This document shows positions 1-8,097 of a stretch of 64,000 bases of DNA, one piece after another. Position numbers and translations under genes: made by a program. This DNA comes from Candidatus Omnitrophota bacterium. GTDB lineage: Bacteria > Omnitrophota > Gorgyraeia > Zapsychrales > Fredricksoniimonadaceae. The stretch's first letter is position 1. Every line of letters begins with the position of its first letter. A model generated the notes under the pieces. The model searched no databases. It had not been told where the DNA came from and was given only the letters and a program-made list of their open reading frames with translations. The stretch is taken from positions 82,917 to 146,916 of the forward strand of contig JBGAJA010000002.1 of assembly GCA_044225175.1 (NCBI GenBank). Reading direction: 5' to 3'.

Positions 1-1152
1 AAATTTATTAGAAAATGCCATCAGAATATTTCCACGTATTCTTGCTTGGAGATTCTCTTCTGCGATATTGACAGCTAATGTTCTAAAGTGTTTTCTCAAT
101 ACGGTTAAATACACTTGATGAATGGCTTTGATTGGAATTTCTTTAAATTCAATACCAAGGTTACTAGCTATTATTCTTGCATCCTTCTTGGTTGCCTTGC
201 TGTTAAATCGAGAGGGCATGGAAATTGCAGTGACATTCTCAGCCCCTAGAGCATCAACCGCAATGAGAGCGACCAGAGCCGAATCAATCCCGCCGCTTAA
301 TCCCAAAGCAACCTTCATAAAACCATTCTTGGCTACATAATCTTTTGTTCCAAGCACAAGCGCCTGATAAATCTCTTCATTCTCATCTAATGCTTCAGCT
401 GAAGAAGCTGGCGTTCCATTTAAATCGCAAATAAGCAACTCTTCTTTGAATTGTTTGGCTTGAGCAATGATATTTCCCTGTACATTGACAACCATACTTG
501 CCCCATCAAAAACAAGCTCATCTTGTCCTCCAACCAAATTACAATAAACAACTGTAGTTTTTGTTTCTTTAGCCCTACGAACTAACAGGTCTTGGCGCTT
601 CTTTAACTTTCCTGCTTCAAAAGGTGAACAAGAAATATTAATAAGGACTTTGGCCCCTGCTTTGGCTTGTTTTAGATAGATACTATTGTTGATCCAAATG
701 TCTTCACAAATAGAAATTCCAACCTTACAGCCTTCGATGGTAACCACCCCATCATTAGAGGCAGGTTTTCCTGGAAAGAAGTATCTCTTTTCGTCAAAAA
801 CTCCGTAATTAGGAAGTTCTTTCTTATGATAAATGCTTGTGATCTTGCTTTCTTGAATAATGGCTGCGGCATTATAAATCTTACCCTGATTATCCATATC
901 GACAAATCCTACAATGGCTGTAATTCCCTGAATCTTTTTAGCCAAGGAAGAAATTGTTTTAAGGTTATTCTCAATGAAATGGATTTTTAAAAGGAGGTCC
1001 TCTGGGGGATAACCACAAATCGTCAGCTCCGGAAATACGACCACATGAGCTTTGGCTTTCTTAGCCCAATTGACATGATCAAGGATCAATGCCCCATTGC
1101 CTGAAAAATCTCCAACGGTTGTATTAATTTGAGCAATGGCAATTTTTAACAT
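1..1152 (-). CDS. nadE: Glutamine-dependent NAD+ synthetase (N-terminal nitrilase/CN-hydrolase domain followed by synthetase domain with SGGIDS P-loop). Partial: the C-terminus runs off the window start.
   Basis: Hand translation of the minus strand from the ATG at 1150-1152 gives MLKIAIAQINTTVGDFSGNGALILDHVNWAKKAKAHVVVFPELT..., then ...ALGLSGGIDSALVALIAVDALGAENVTAISMPS...ILMAFSNKF. The frame stays open to position 1. Confidence 0.85.
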   Translation of the reverse strand, partial: MLKIAIAQINTTVGDFSGNGALILDHVNWAKKAKAHVVVFPELTICGYPPEDLLLKIHFIENNLKTISSLAKKIQGITAIVGFVDMDNQGKIYNAAAIIQESKITSIYHKKELPNYGVFDEKRYFFPGKPASNDGVVTIEGCKVGISICEDIWINNSIYLKQAKAGAKVLINISCSPFEAGKLKKRQDLLVRRAKETKTTVVYCNLVGGQDELVFDGASMVVNVQGNIIAQAKQFKEELLICDLNGTPASSAEALDENEEIYQALVLGTKDYVAKNGFMKVALGLSGGIDSALVALIAVDALGAENVTAISMPSRFNSKATKKDARIIASNLGIEFKEIPIKAIHQVYLTVLRKHFRTLAVNIAEENLQARIRGNILMAFSNKF

Positions 1153-1155
1153 GGT

Positions 1156-1854
1156 TTATTTAATGATCCCCAAAAAATTCTCATAAAGACGGTTTGCTTG
1201 AGATCGAAATTGTTGTTCATAACGGACATAATCATTGAGCATGTTCTGAGCATGCTCTGGTCTTCCTGGAAGATCGTTTTGGCAATATTCATCACACCAT
1301 TCTTTAATGCTTTTATCTGTGACTTCGACGTGGAATTGCAAACCATAAGCATTTGCGCCCACTTTGATGGCTTGATGAGGACAACCTTGGGCCGTTGCTA
1401 ACAAATTACCCTCGGATGGTATCTCAAACATATCTCCATGCCAATGATAAATAGGTTCGTTTTCTTTAAAACCTTTAAATAACGGATCTTTCTGCCCTTC
1501 GGGAGTTAACTGGACATTGTACCAGCCAATTTCTTTGACGGGAGATTTGACGACCTTAGCACCTGCGGCTTTGGCTAAAAGCTGCGAGCCTAAACAAATC
1601 CCTAAGAAAGGAATTTGCTTCTTTAAAACTTCTTGAATAAAAATGTGCTCCTGAACTAAGAAGGGATACTGGTTTTCTTCGTAAACATTCATGGGTCCGC
1701 CAAGAACAACAACAGCACTAATGTCAGAGAAATCCTCAGGAAGAATTTCCCCTTCCCCTAAATCTATTATTCGATAAGGAATCTTTCTTTCATCCAGAAA
1801 TTCCCCCAATGTCCCAGGGCCTTCGATATCGATATGTTTGACGATTAAAATCAT
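1156..1854 (-). CDS. Class I glutamine amidotransferase (GMP-synthase-like GATase1, stand-alone)
   Basis: 232 aa with the catalytic GICLG Cys motif and an FHVE His-Glu pair. Its stop lies 4 nt from the nadE start, so they are probably co-transcribed. Confidence 0.7.
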   Translation of the reverse strand: MILIVKHIDIEGPGTLGEFLDERKIPYRIIDLGEGEILPEDFSDISAVVVLGGPMNVYEENQYPFLVQEHIFIQEVLKKQIPFLGICLGSQLLAKAAGAKVVKSPVKEIGWYNVQLTPEGQKDPLFKGFKENEPIYHWHGDMFEIPSEGNLLATAQGCPHQAIKVGANAYGLQFHVEVTDKSIKEWCDEYCQNDLPGRPEHAQNMLNDYVRYEQQFRSQANRLYENFLGIIK

Positions 1855-1961
1855 AGCAAGATATTACCATGAAATTCTAAAATCGCATTTTCGATTTTCA
1901 TGGTAATTAAAAAGGGGCGGATAAAATTTATCCACCCCTTTTTATGTTATCGATTCATTGA

Positions 1962-4106
1962 TTATGCATTCATCAAAAGCATTTCTGCATAAGAAGGAAC
2001 AGGCCAAATGGCTTGTGGCACATATGCTTCTAAGGCATCAATGGATTGACGCAATTTGCTCATGGCTGCATTGGTTTTAGCGGAATCGTGTTTGGCTATT
2101 CCAGCTTCCAAAGCATCACAGGTTGTAAGAGCATCATCAATCAAACCAGAGATTGTCTTTAAGATTTTCTTTTGAGCAATCATCTTACCTGCAGCACCGA
2201 CTGTTCTAACATTCTCTGCTAACTCTCTTTGATATTCAATTGCAGCTGGAATCAACTGTGTGCGAGCCATGGTTAAAGCACAGTTACCTTCCAAGGCAAT
2301 GACTGTATTGTAAGCATGGACGTTGATTTCGTAACGAGAAGCAACTTCTTTGGCAGAAAGAACACTGTGTTTAACCAACACATCAATATTCTTTTTAGCT
2401 TTAAGAACTTCTAAAGCTTCAGGAGTTGTTTTCATGTTAGGAAGTCCGCGTTTCTTTGCTTCTTTGTGCCAATCAGCGGTGTAACCATCGCCATTAAACA
2501 GCACGCGTTTATGTTTCTTGATGATCTCTTGTAAGATCTTTTGAAGGCTGGCATTGAATTCTTTACCAGCTTTTTTATCTGCTTCTAATTGATCGGCAAT
2601 CTCACTCATCGCTTGAGCGACAATGGTGTTTAACACAGTATTTGCTGCGGAAGGATTTTGATTTGAACCAACAGCGCGGAATTCAAACTTAGCACCCGTG
2701 AAAGCAAATGGTGAGGTGCGGTTACGATCTGTTGTGTCCTTAGCTAATGAAGGAAGTGAATCAACACCGACGTGGATACTGCCTCCTTCGCGTGAAGATT
2801 TAGCCCCACCTTTTTCAATTTGCTCAACGATATCAAATAATTGATCGCCTAAGAAAATGGAAACGATAGCTGGAGGAGCTTCGTTTGCACCTAAGCGGTG
2901 ATCATTACCAGCGGTTGCAACAGTCATACGAAGAAGATCTGCGTATGTATCAACGGCCTTAATAATGGCACAAAGGGTTGTTAAAAATTTAGCATTTTCA
3001 TGAGGAGTTTTTCCAGGATATAACCAATTTTTGCCATCAGGACCGACGACAGACCAGTTATTGTGTTTACCAGAACCATTGATGCCGGCAAATGGTTTTT
3101 CATGAAGCAAACATGTTAGCCCATGTTTATCAGCTAACTGTCTCATGATTTCCATGGCCATCATGTTGTGATCAACACCTGTGTTTAAATCTTCATAGAT
3201 TGGAGCCATTTCGTATTGAGCGGGAGCAACTTCATTGTGACGTGTCTTGGAAGGAATGCCTAAGCCCCATAGTGTACGGTCCAAATCTTCCATGAAAGCC
3301 ATTACTCGAGGTTTAATTGCCCCAAAATAATGATCTTCTTGTTGCTGGTGTTTAGCTGGTGTGCGTCCGAATAATGTTCGTCCGGTTTGAACCAAGTCTA
3401 AACGAGCTTGATAATGAGCTTTATCAATTAGGAAATATTCTTGTTCTGGTCCTAAGGTGCAGTAGGCACGTTTGCCTTTAACATCAATTCCAAAAAGGCT
3501 TGCTAAACGGCAGACTTGCTTGGATAAAGCATCCATAGAACGCAATAATGGGGTCTTTTTGTCTAAGGCTTCCCCATGATAACCAATGTAGAAGGTTGGA
3601 ATGCAAAGTGTAGCACCTTCTGGACCTTCTTTAATGAAGGCAGGAGAGGTTGGATCCCAGCCGGTATAACCACGAGCTTCGAATGTTGCACGTAAACCAC
3701 CTGAAGGAAAAGAGGATGCATCAGGTTCGCCTTGAATCAATTCTTTACCAGAGAAGGTTAAAGAAATACCGCCTTGATCGTTCCAGCTGATGAAAGAATC
3801 ATGTTTTTCAGCCGTTGTACCGGTCAGAGGCTGAAACCAATGTGTAAAGTGGGTTGCACCTTTGGAAATTGCCCAATTCTTCATGGCTTCGGCTACTTCA
3901 TCGGCAATTGTTGCATCTAACTTGCCGCCTTCTTTGATTGTTTTCTCAATCGAAGAATAAGCTTTGGGTGATAAAACTTCCTTCATCACCTTCAAATTGA
4001 ATACATTTTGACCGAAATTTGCTGGCAAATTGCTGGCGAACGTGCCATCACAGCAGCATCCTTCATCAGCACAAGCGTCTATTACTTCTTTACGTCCTTG
4101 ACTCAT
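1962..4106 (-). CDS. glnN: Glutamine synthetase type III (GSIII)
   Basis: 714 aa, the size of GSIII, with the characteristic N-terminus [16 protein letters not shown]...[14 protein letters not shown].... A GGGGGA Shine-Dalgarno sits 7 nt upstream. Confidence 0.9.
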   Translation of the reverse strand: MSQGRKEVIDACADEGCCCDGTFASNLPANFGQNVFNLKVMKEVLSPKAYSSIEKTIKEGGKLDATIADEVAEAMKNWAISKGATHFTHWFQPLTGTTAEKHDSFISWNDQGGISLTFSGKELIQGEPDASSFPSGGLRATFEARGYTGWDPTSPAFIKEGPEGATLCIPTFYIGYHGEALDKKTPLLRSMDALSKQVCRLASLFGIDVKGKRAYCTLGPEQEYFLIDKAHYQARLDLVQTGRTLFGRTPAKHQQQEDHYFGAIKPRVMAFMEDLDRTLWGLGIPSKTRHNEVAPAQYEMAPIYEDLNTGVDHNMMAMEIMRQLADKHGLTCLLHEKPFAGINGSGKHNNWSVVGPDGKNWLYPGKTPHENAKFLTTLCAIIKAVDTYADLLRMTVATAGNDHRLGANEAPPAIVSIFLGDQLFDIVEQIEKGGAKSSREGGSIHVGVDSLPSLAKDTTDRNRTSPFAFTGAKFEFRAVGSNQNPSAANTVLNTIVAQAMSEIADQLEADKKAGKEFNASLQKILQEIIKKHKRVLFNGDGYTADWHKEAKKRGLPNMKTTPEALEVLKAKKNIDVLVKHSVLSAKEVASRYEINVHAYNTVIALEGNCALTMARTQLIPAAIEYQRELAENVRTVGAAGKMIAQKKILKTISGLIDDALTTCDALEAGIAKHDSAKTNAAMSKLRQSIDALEAYVPQAIWPVPSYAEMLLMNA

Positions 4107-4159
4107 AATGTAATCCCCCTGTTGTTAGGTTGAAGTTAAATATGTCCATAAAAGAAAAA

Positions 4160-4203
4160 GTCCCCCTTGAAATCTAACCAACTTTGGTATTTCAAGGAGG
4201 ACT
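4160..4203 (-). terminator. Leader intrinsic terminator between the glnN promoter and the glnN start (14-bp stem followed by U-run on the minus-strand RNA). It also lies downstream of glnK1.
   Basis: tcccccttgaaat...atttcaaggagga inverted repeat, followed on the minus strand by TTTTTCTTTT. Confidence 0.6.
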
Positions 4204-4230
4204 TCTTTGCCCTCTAAACTTAAGGCCTAA

Positions 4231-4259
4231 ATAATAATTAATACGCTTAAATCTGTCAA
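4231..4259 (-). promoter_or_regulatory. Sigma70-type promoter for glnN (TTGACA-17-TATTAT, read on the minus strand)
   Basis: Reverse complement of tgtcaa at 4254-4259 and ataata at 4231-4236, with a 17-nt spacer. Confidence 0.55.
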
Positions 4260-4290
4260 GAAAAAATTCCTTGAACGACCTAAAGGGCTG

Positions 4291-4632
4291 TTATCCAATG
4301 GCTTTTGAACCTTCTTCGCCGGTGCGGATGCGAATGGCACGAGGCAAATCAAGGACGAAAATCTTGCCGTCTCCGATTTTTCCTGTGCGCGCACCTTTGA
4401 TAATCGCCTTAATTGTAGGCTCCACGTAGTCGTCATTGACGGCTATTTCCACTTGGATTTTACGAAGAAGATTACCTGTTTCTTTGACCCCGCGATAAAA
4501 TTCATCAACACCAATTTGGCGGCCATGACCTAAGACTTCCAAGACAGTAATTAAACTCACTTGAGCTTCATATAATGCAGTTTTCACATCTTCGAGCCTG
4601 TGCGGCTGGATGATTGCGATGATTAATTTCAT
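4291..4632 (-). CDS. glnK: PII nitrogen regulatory protein (copy 1)
   Basis: 113 aa: [17 protein letters not shown]...[29 protein letters not shown]...[12 protein letters not shown]. The T-loop is conserved, a GGAGG Shine-Dalgarno is present, and it lies downstream of amt. Confidence 0.9.
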   Translation of the reverse strand: MKLIIAIIQPHRLEDVKTALYEAQVSLITVLEVLGHGRQIGVDEFYRGVKETGNLLRKIQVEIAVNDDYVEPTIKAIIKGARTGKIGDGKIFVLDLPRAIRIRTGEEGSKAIG

Positions 4633-4652
4633 TTAAAATCCTCCGTATTATT

Positions 4653-4712
4653 CGTAGGGGCGACCCTTGCGGTCGCCTTATTATTGGGCAGGTGCTAGAC
4701 CTGCCCCTACGA
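4653..4712. repeat. Composite REP/BIME-like element (two hairpins, GTAGGGGCGACC..GGTCGCC and GGGCAGG..CCTGCCCCTAC) in the amt1-glnK1 spacer
   Basis: Direct reading. Outer arms CGTAGGGG / CCCCTACG, and internal hairpins gcgacc-cttgc-ggtcgc and gggcagg-tgctaga-cctgccc. Confidence 0.7.
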
Positions 4713-4716
4713 TTAT

Positions 4717-5955
4717 TTAATCCAAAATCGTATATGCACGTTCATGGTGTTGTGTTAAATCTAATCCCATGATTTCATCTTCGGCGCTCACGCGCATACG
4801 AATGATCTTATCGGTCACGAAGCAAATAATCCATGTCATCACGCCACAATACAAAACAGCAACGACGGCACATTTTAATTGGATAAAGAATTGCTGCGGA
4901 TTACCCAGAAACATGCCATCTGCTCCAGCAGGATTAACTGCTTTGGTGCCGATTAATCCAATGGCTAATACTCCCCAAAATCCACTCACTCCATGAACAC
5001 CAAAAGCATCTAGCGTGTCGTCGAATTTAAATTTCTGTTTAAATGAGCTGATTGCAAAGAAACTTAAAAGACTTGCTCCTGCACCAACAATCAAAGCTCC
5101 TTGAAAATCAACAAACCCGCAAGAAGGGGTGATTGCAACTAACCCTGCAACTGCTCCTGAAATGGATCCGTACATCGTTGGTTTTCCGGATAAAGCCCAT
5201 TCTAATATGGCCCACACCACAACAGCTGCACTCGCTGCAGCATTTGTTGTAATAAAAGCATTCACCGCAACGCCATTGGCTCCTAAAGCAGAGCCCGCAT
5301 TAAATCCTAACCATCCAAACCACAGCAAACATCCTCCCATGACAACCATAGGAATATTATGCAGACTTGGTTTTGAAACTCCAATTCTCTTGCCTAAGTA
5401 AATGGCTGTAATCAACCCTGCAACTCCACAATTGATTTCAATGACAGTTCCTCCCGCAAAATCCAAAAGGCCCCAGCCACGAAATAAACCGCCTGTCCCC
5501 CAAGCCATATGAGCCATAGGACAATACACAAAAGTAAGCCATAGCACTGTGAACAATAAGAATGCAGAGAATTTAACACGTTCCGCATAAGAACCCACAA
5601 TAATGGCAGGAGTAATAACCGCAAACATGCATTGGAAGATCATAAATGCACTATGTGGAATAGTTGCGGAATAATCGGGGTTGGCATCTGCTCCAACTCC
5701 TTTAAGCATTAACCAATCAAATCCTCCAAAGAGCCAATTGCCTGTTGAAAAAGCCAAACTATACCCATACATACCCCATATAATACTAATCACAGCCAAG
5801 CAGGCCATGCACTGCATCAAAATACCTAGAACGTTTTTACGACGAACCATTCCTCCATAAAAGAACCCTAACGCGGGCGTCATAAGTAACACCAAAGCAG
5901 CTGACACTAACACCCATGCCGTATCCCCGGCACTGATTTGATTGACTGAATCCAT
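4717..5955 (-). CDS. amt: Ammonium transporter (Amt family), copy 1
   Basis: 412 aa polytopic membrane protein: MDSVNQISAGDTAWVLVSAALVLLMTPALGFFYGGMVRRKN. Confidence 0.9.
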   Translation of the reverse strand: MDSVNQISAGDTAWVLVSAALVLLMTPALGFFYGGMVRRKNVLGILMQCMACLAVISIIWGMYGYSLAFSTGNWLFGGFDWLMLKGVGADANPDYSATIPHSAFMIFQCMFAVITPAIIVGSYAERVKFSAFLLFTVLWLTFVYCPMAHMAWGTGGLFRGWGLLDFAGGTVIEINCGVAGLITAIYLGKRIGVSKPSLHNIPMVVMGGCLLWFGWLGFNAGSALGANGVAVNAFITTNAAASAAVVVWAILEWALSGKPTMYGSISGAVAGLVAITPSCGFVDFQGALIVGAGASLLSFFAISSFKQKFKFDDTLDAFGVHGVSGFWGVLAIGLIGTKAVNPAGADGMFLGNPQQFFIQLKCAVVAVLYCGVMTWIICFVTDKIIRMRVSAEDEIMGLDLTQHHERAYTILD

Positions 5956-6041
5956 ATAGATACTTCTCCTTCATACCATTCTCCATTTGACCTAGTTCTC
6001 CGTCGGCGGATCCTGTGGCATCTATGCCTTATAAAAACAAA

Positions 6042-6084
6042 GAAGCTCAGAGATGTTCTCTTTGAAAGAACATCTCTGAGCTTC
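6042..6084 (-). terminator. Leader intrinsic terminator between the amt1 promoter and the amt1 start (perfect 17-bp stem followed by U-rich run on the minus strand)
   Basis: gaagctcagagatgttc-tctttgaaa-gaacatctctgagcttc, with an A-run on the + side at 6031-6041. Confidence 0.65.
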
Positions 6085-6134
6085 TTCGCTCTTATTAATT
6101 GAAGACCTCATTGCCCCCAATCCAATTGAGGGCA

Positions 6135-6163
6135 ATGATATCGTCAAAATTTTGAAATGTCAA
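6135..6163 (-). promoter_or_regulatory. Sigma70-type promoter for amt1-glnK1 (TTGACA-17-TATCAT, minus strand)
   Basis: Reverse complement of tgtcaa at 6158-6163 and atgata at 6135-6140, with a 17-nt spacer. Confidence 0.5.
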
Positions 6164-6191
6164 GTAAGGGCGTATTGCAATACGCCCTTAC
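6164..6191. repeat. 28-nt perfect palindrome GTAAGGGCGTATTGCAATACGCCCTTAC (REP-like, GTA...TAC ends), 3 nt after the glnK2 stop
   Basis: Direct reading. It has the same 28-nt length and GTA...TAC architecture as the in-frame palindromes at 10974 and 11130. Confidence 0.7.
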
Positions 6192-6193
6192 AA

Positions 6194-6535
6194 TTATCCG
6201 ATTGCTTTAGAACCTTCTTCACCAGTACGGATACGAATCGCACGAGGAAGATCCAAGATAAAGATCTTTCCATCGCCGATTTTTCCTGTACGAGCACCTT
6301 TGATAATGGCTTTGATCGTTGGTTCCACATAATCTTCGTTCACTGCAATTTCAATTTGGATCTTACGAAGAAGATTACCTGTTTCTTTGACTCCGCGATA
6401 AAATTCATCGACTCCAACTTGACGGCCATGGCCCAGAACTTCCATAACTGTAATTAAGTTTACATCTGCCGCGTATAGCTCTTTTTTAACATCTTCGAGT
6501 CTATGGGGCTGTATGATTGCAATCACTAATTTCAT
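6194..6535 (-). CDS. glnK: PII nitrogen regulatory protein (copy 2)
   Basis: 113 aa, about 85% identical to copy 1. Confidence 0.9.
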   Translation of the reverse strand: MKLVIAIIQPHRLEDVKKELYAADVNLITVMEVLGHGRQVGVDEFYRGVKETGNLLRKIQIEIAVNEDYVEPTIKAIIKGARTGKIGDGKIFILDLPRAIRIRTGEEGSKAIG

Positions 6536-6564
6536 TTAAAATCCTCCTTGATTTATATATTGAT

Positions 6565-6593
6565 GTACGGGCACCGCATGCCGTGCCCCTACG
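6565..6593. repeat. REP element GTACGGGCACCGCATGCCGTGCCCCTACG in the amt2-glnK2 spacer
   Basis: Palindrome gggcacggcatgccgtgccc flanked by GTAC/CTAC. It is the same family as the copy at 23398. Confidence 0.75.
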
Positions 6594-7844
6594 TTAATCT
6601 AAAATCGTATACGCACGTTCATGATGTTGTGTTAAATCAAGACCCATGACTTCATCTTCTTGAGATACACGAAGACCCATGACTTTATCAATTGCAAAAC
6701 AGATAATCCAAGTGGCGATTGCGGTGTAACCAATTGTGACTGAGCAAGCCACGAATTGATTCCACAATTGAGCCCCATTACCTAATAAAAGACCATCTGC
6801 ACCAGCACCATTGACTAACTTGGTTGCAAAGATACCTGTTGCCAAAGCACCCCATAACCCGCCGATACCATGGATACCGAAAGCATCGAGTGTGTCATCA
6901 TAACCAAACTTCGGTTTTACATAAGCAACCATGCAATAGCAGAAGATGCTAACTAAGAAACCAATCCATAAAGAACCACCGATGTCGACGAAACCGCAAG
7001 CAGGAGTAATTGCAACCAACCCTGCAACTGCACCGGAGACGACACCAACCATTGTTGGTTTTCCTGCAAAGATCCATTCCATCAAAGCCCAGCTAAGTGC
7101 AGCAGCAGCTGTGGCTGTGTTGGTTGTGACAAATGCATGAGCTGCTAAACCACTTGCACCTAAAGCAGAACCTGCATTGAAACCAAACCATCCAAACCAG
7201 AGTAAAGCAGCACCAATCACAATAAAAGGAACATTGTGCATACCTGGCTTTTCGGTATGACCAATACGCTTACCTAAATATAAGGCTGTAACCAAACCTG
7301 CAATACCTGCGTTGATATGAACAACAGTACCGCCAGCAAAGTCTAAGGCGCCTAAACCACGTAAGAACCCGCCAACACCCCAAACCATGTGTGCAATTGG
7401 GCAATAGACTAAAAGCAACCATAATGCGGTAAAAACTAAGAATGCAGAAAACTTCATACGTTCAGCAAAGGATCCAATAATGAGCGCTGGTGTAATGACC
7501 GCAAACATACATTGGAAGATCATAAAAGCCAAATGAGGAATGGTCGCTGCATAATCAGCGTTAGCATCTTGTCCAACACCTTTAAGCATAAACCAATCTA
7601 AACCACCCATAAAGGCGCTTCCCTTACCAAATGCTAAACTGTAACCTATTACCACCCATAAAATACTCACCAAAGCCAAGCACACAAAACATTGCATAAA
7701 AACACCTAAGATGTTCTTACGTCTAACCATACCTCCGTAAAATAAAGCGAGTGCTGGAACTGTCATCAACAAAACTAGTGCAGTTGATGCCAATACCCAT
7801 GCCGTGTCCCCGGCATTGATTGGATTTACTATTGTTGTATCCAT
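6594..7844 (-). CDS. amt: Ammonium transporter (Amt family), copy 2
   Basis: 416 aa, paralogous to amt1. Confidence 0.9.
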   Translation of the reverse strand: MDTTIVNPINAGDTAWVLASTALVLLMTVPALALFYGGMVRRKNILGVFMQCFVCLALVSILWVVIGYSLAFGKGSAFMGGLDWFMLKGVGQDANADYAATIPHLAFMIFQCMFAVITPALIIGSFAERMKFSAFLVFTALWLLLVYCPIAHMVWGVGGFLRGLGALDFAGGTVVHINAGIAGLVTALYLGKRIGHTEKPGMHNVPFIVIGAALLWFGWFGFNAGSALGASGLAAHAFVTTNTATAAAALSWALMEWIFAGKPTMVGVVSGAVAGLVAITPACGFVDIGGSLWIGFLVSIFCYCMVAYVKPKFGYDDTLDAFGIHGIGGLWGALATGIFATKLVNGAGADGLLLGNGAQLWNQFVACSVTIGYTAIATWIICFAIDKVMGLRVSQEDEVMGLDLTQHHERAYTILD

Positions 7845-7881
7845 TTACTTCCTCCTTGATTGTTTGTTAAACAATAAAAAA

Positions 7882-7917
7882 GCCCAATTCCCCGCAACCT
7901 TTTTGCGAAAAATTGGA
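7882..7917 (-). promoter_or_regulatory. Second terminator-like hairpin in the amt2 leader, directly before the start codon (stem GCCCAATT/AATTGGGC followed by U6)
   Basis: Minus strand reads cccaatt[tttcgcaaaaaggttgcgggg]aattgggcttttttatt. Confidence 0.45.
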
Positions 7918-7954
7918 CCTCTGTGTCCCGTAGGCATCATAGCCTAAATAAAAA

Positions 7955-7993
7955 ATCCTCTTAAAGGAGTTTCATTACTTCCTTAAAGAGGAC
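7955..7993 (-). terminator. Intrinsic terminator in the amt2 leader. It also lies downstream of the 1045-aa gene.
   Basis: tcctcttaaagga...tccttaaagagga stem with one mismatch, then TTTTTTATTT on the minus strand. Confidence 0.55.
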
Positions 7994-8059
7994 TATCTTT
8001 GCCCTTACTTCTTACTTCACGCCCAAAACATCTTTGCTTTGAGCTAAATAACTGGTGCA

Positions 8060-8088
8060 AATATATCTGATGCTTTTGGCTTTGTCAA
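8060..8088 (-). promoter_or_regulatory. Sigma70-type promoter for amt2-glnK2 (TTGACA-17-TATATT, minus strand)
   Basis: Reverse complement of tgtcaa at 8083-8088 and aatata at 8060-8065. Confidence 0.5.
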
Positions 8089-8097
8089 ATTGTTTTT

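Noticed and set aside
5129-5401. + strand ORFs (5129..5401, 4769..4996, 6946..7140) antisense to the amt genes
   Set aside because: They lie fully inside the well-supported Amt CDSs on the opposite strand, have low-complexity Ala/Thr/Pro-rich translations typical of antisense frames, and have no ribosome-binding site.
4107-8097. Canonical ANTAR RNA targets (two tandem short hairpins with hexaloops A..G..) in the glnN, amt1, amt2 and giant-operon leaders
   Set aside because: By-eye inspection found only one weak candidate (GAGC-GAAGAA-GCUC in the amt1 leader, with loop position 1 = G). This is not enough to claim the motif. The antitermination hypothesis stays an inference that needs a covariance-model search.
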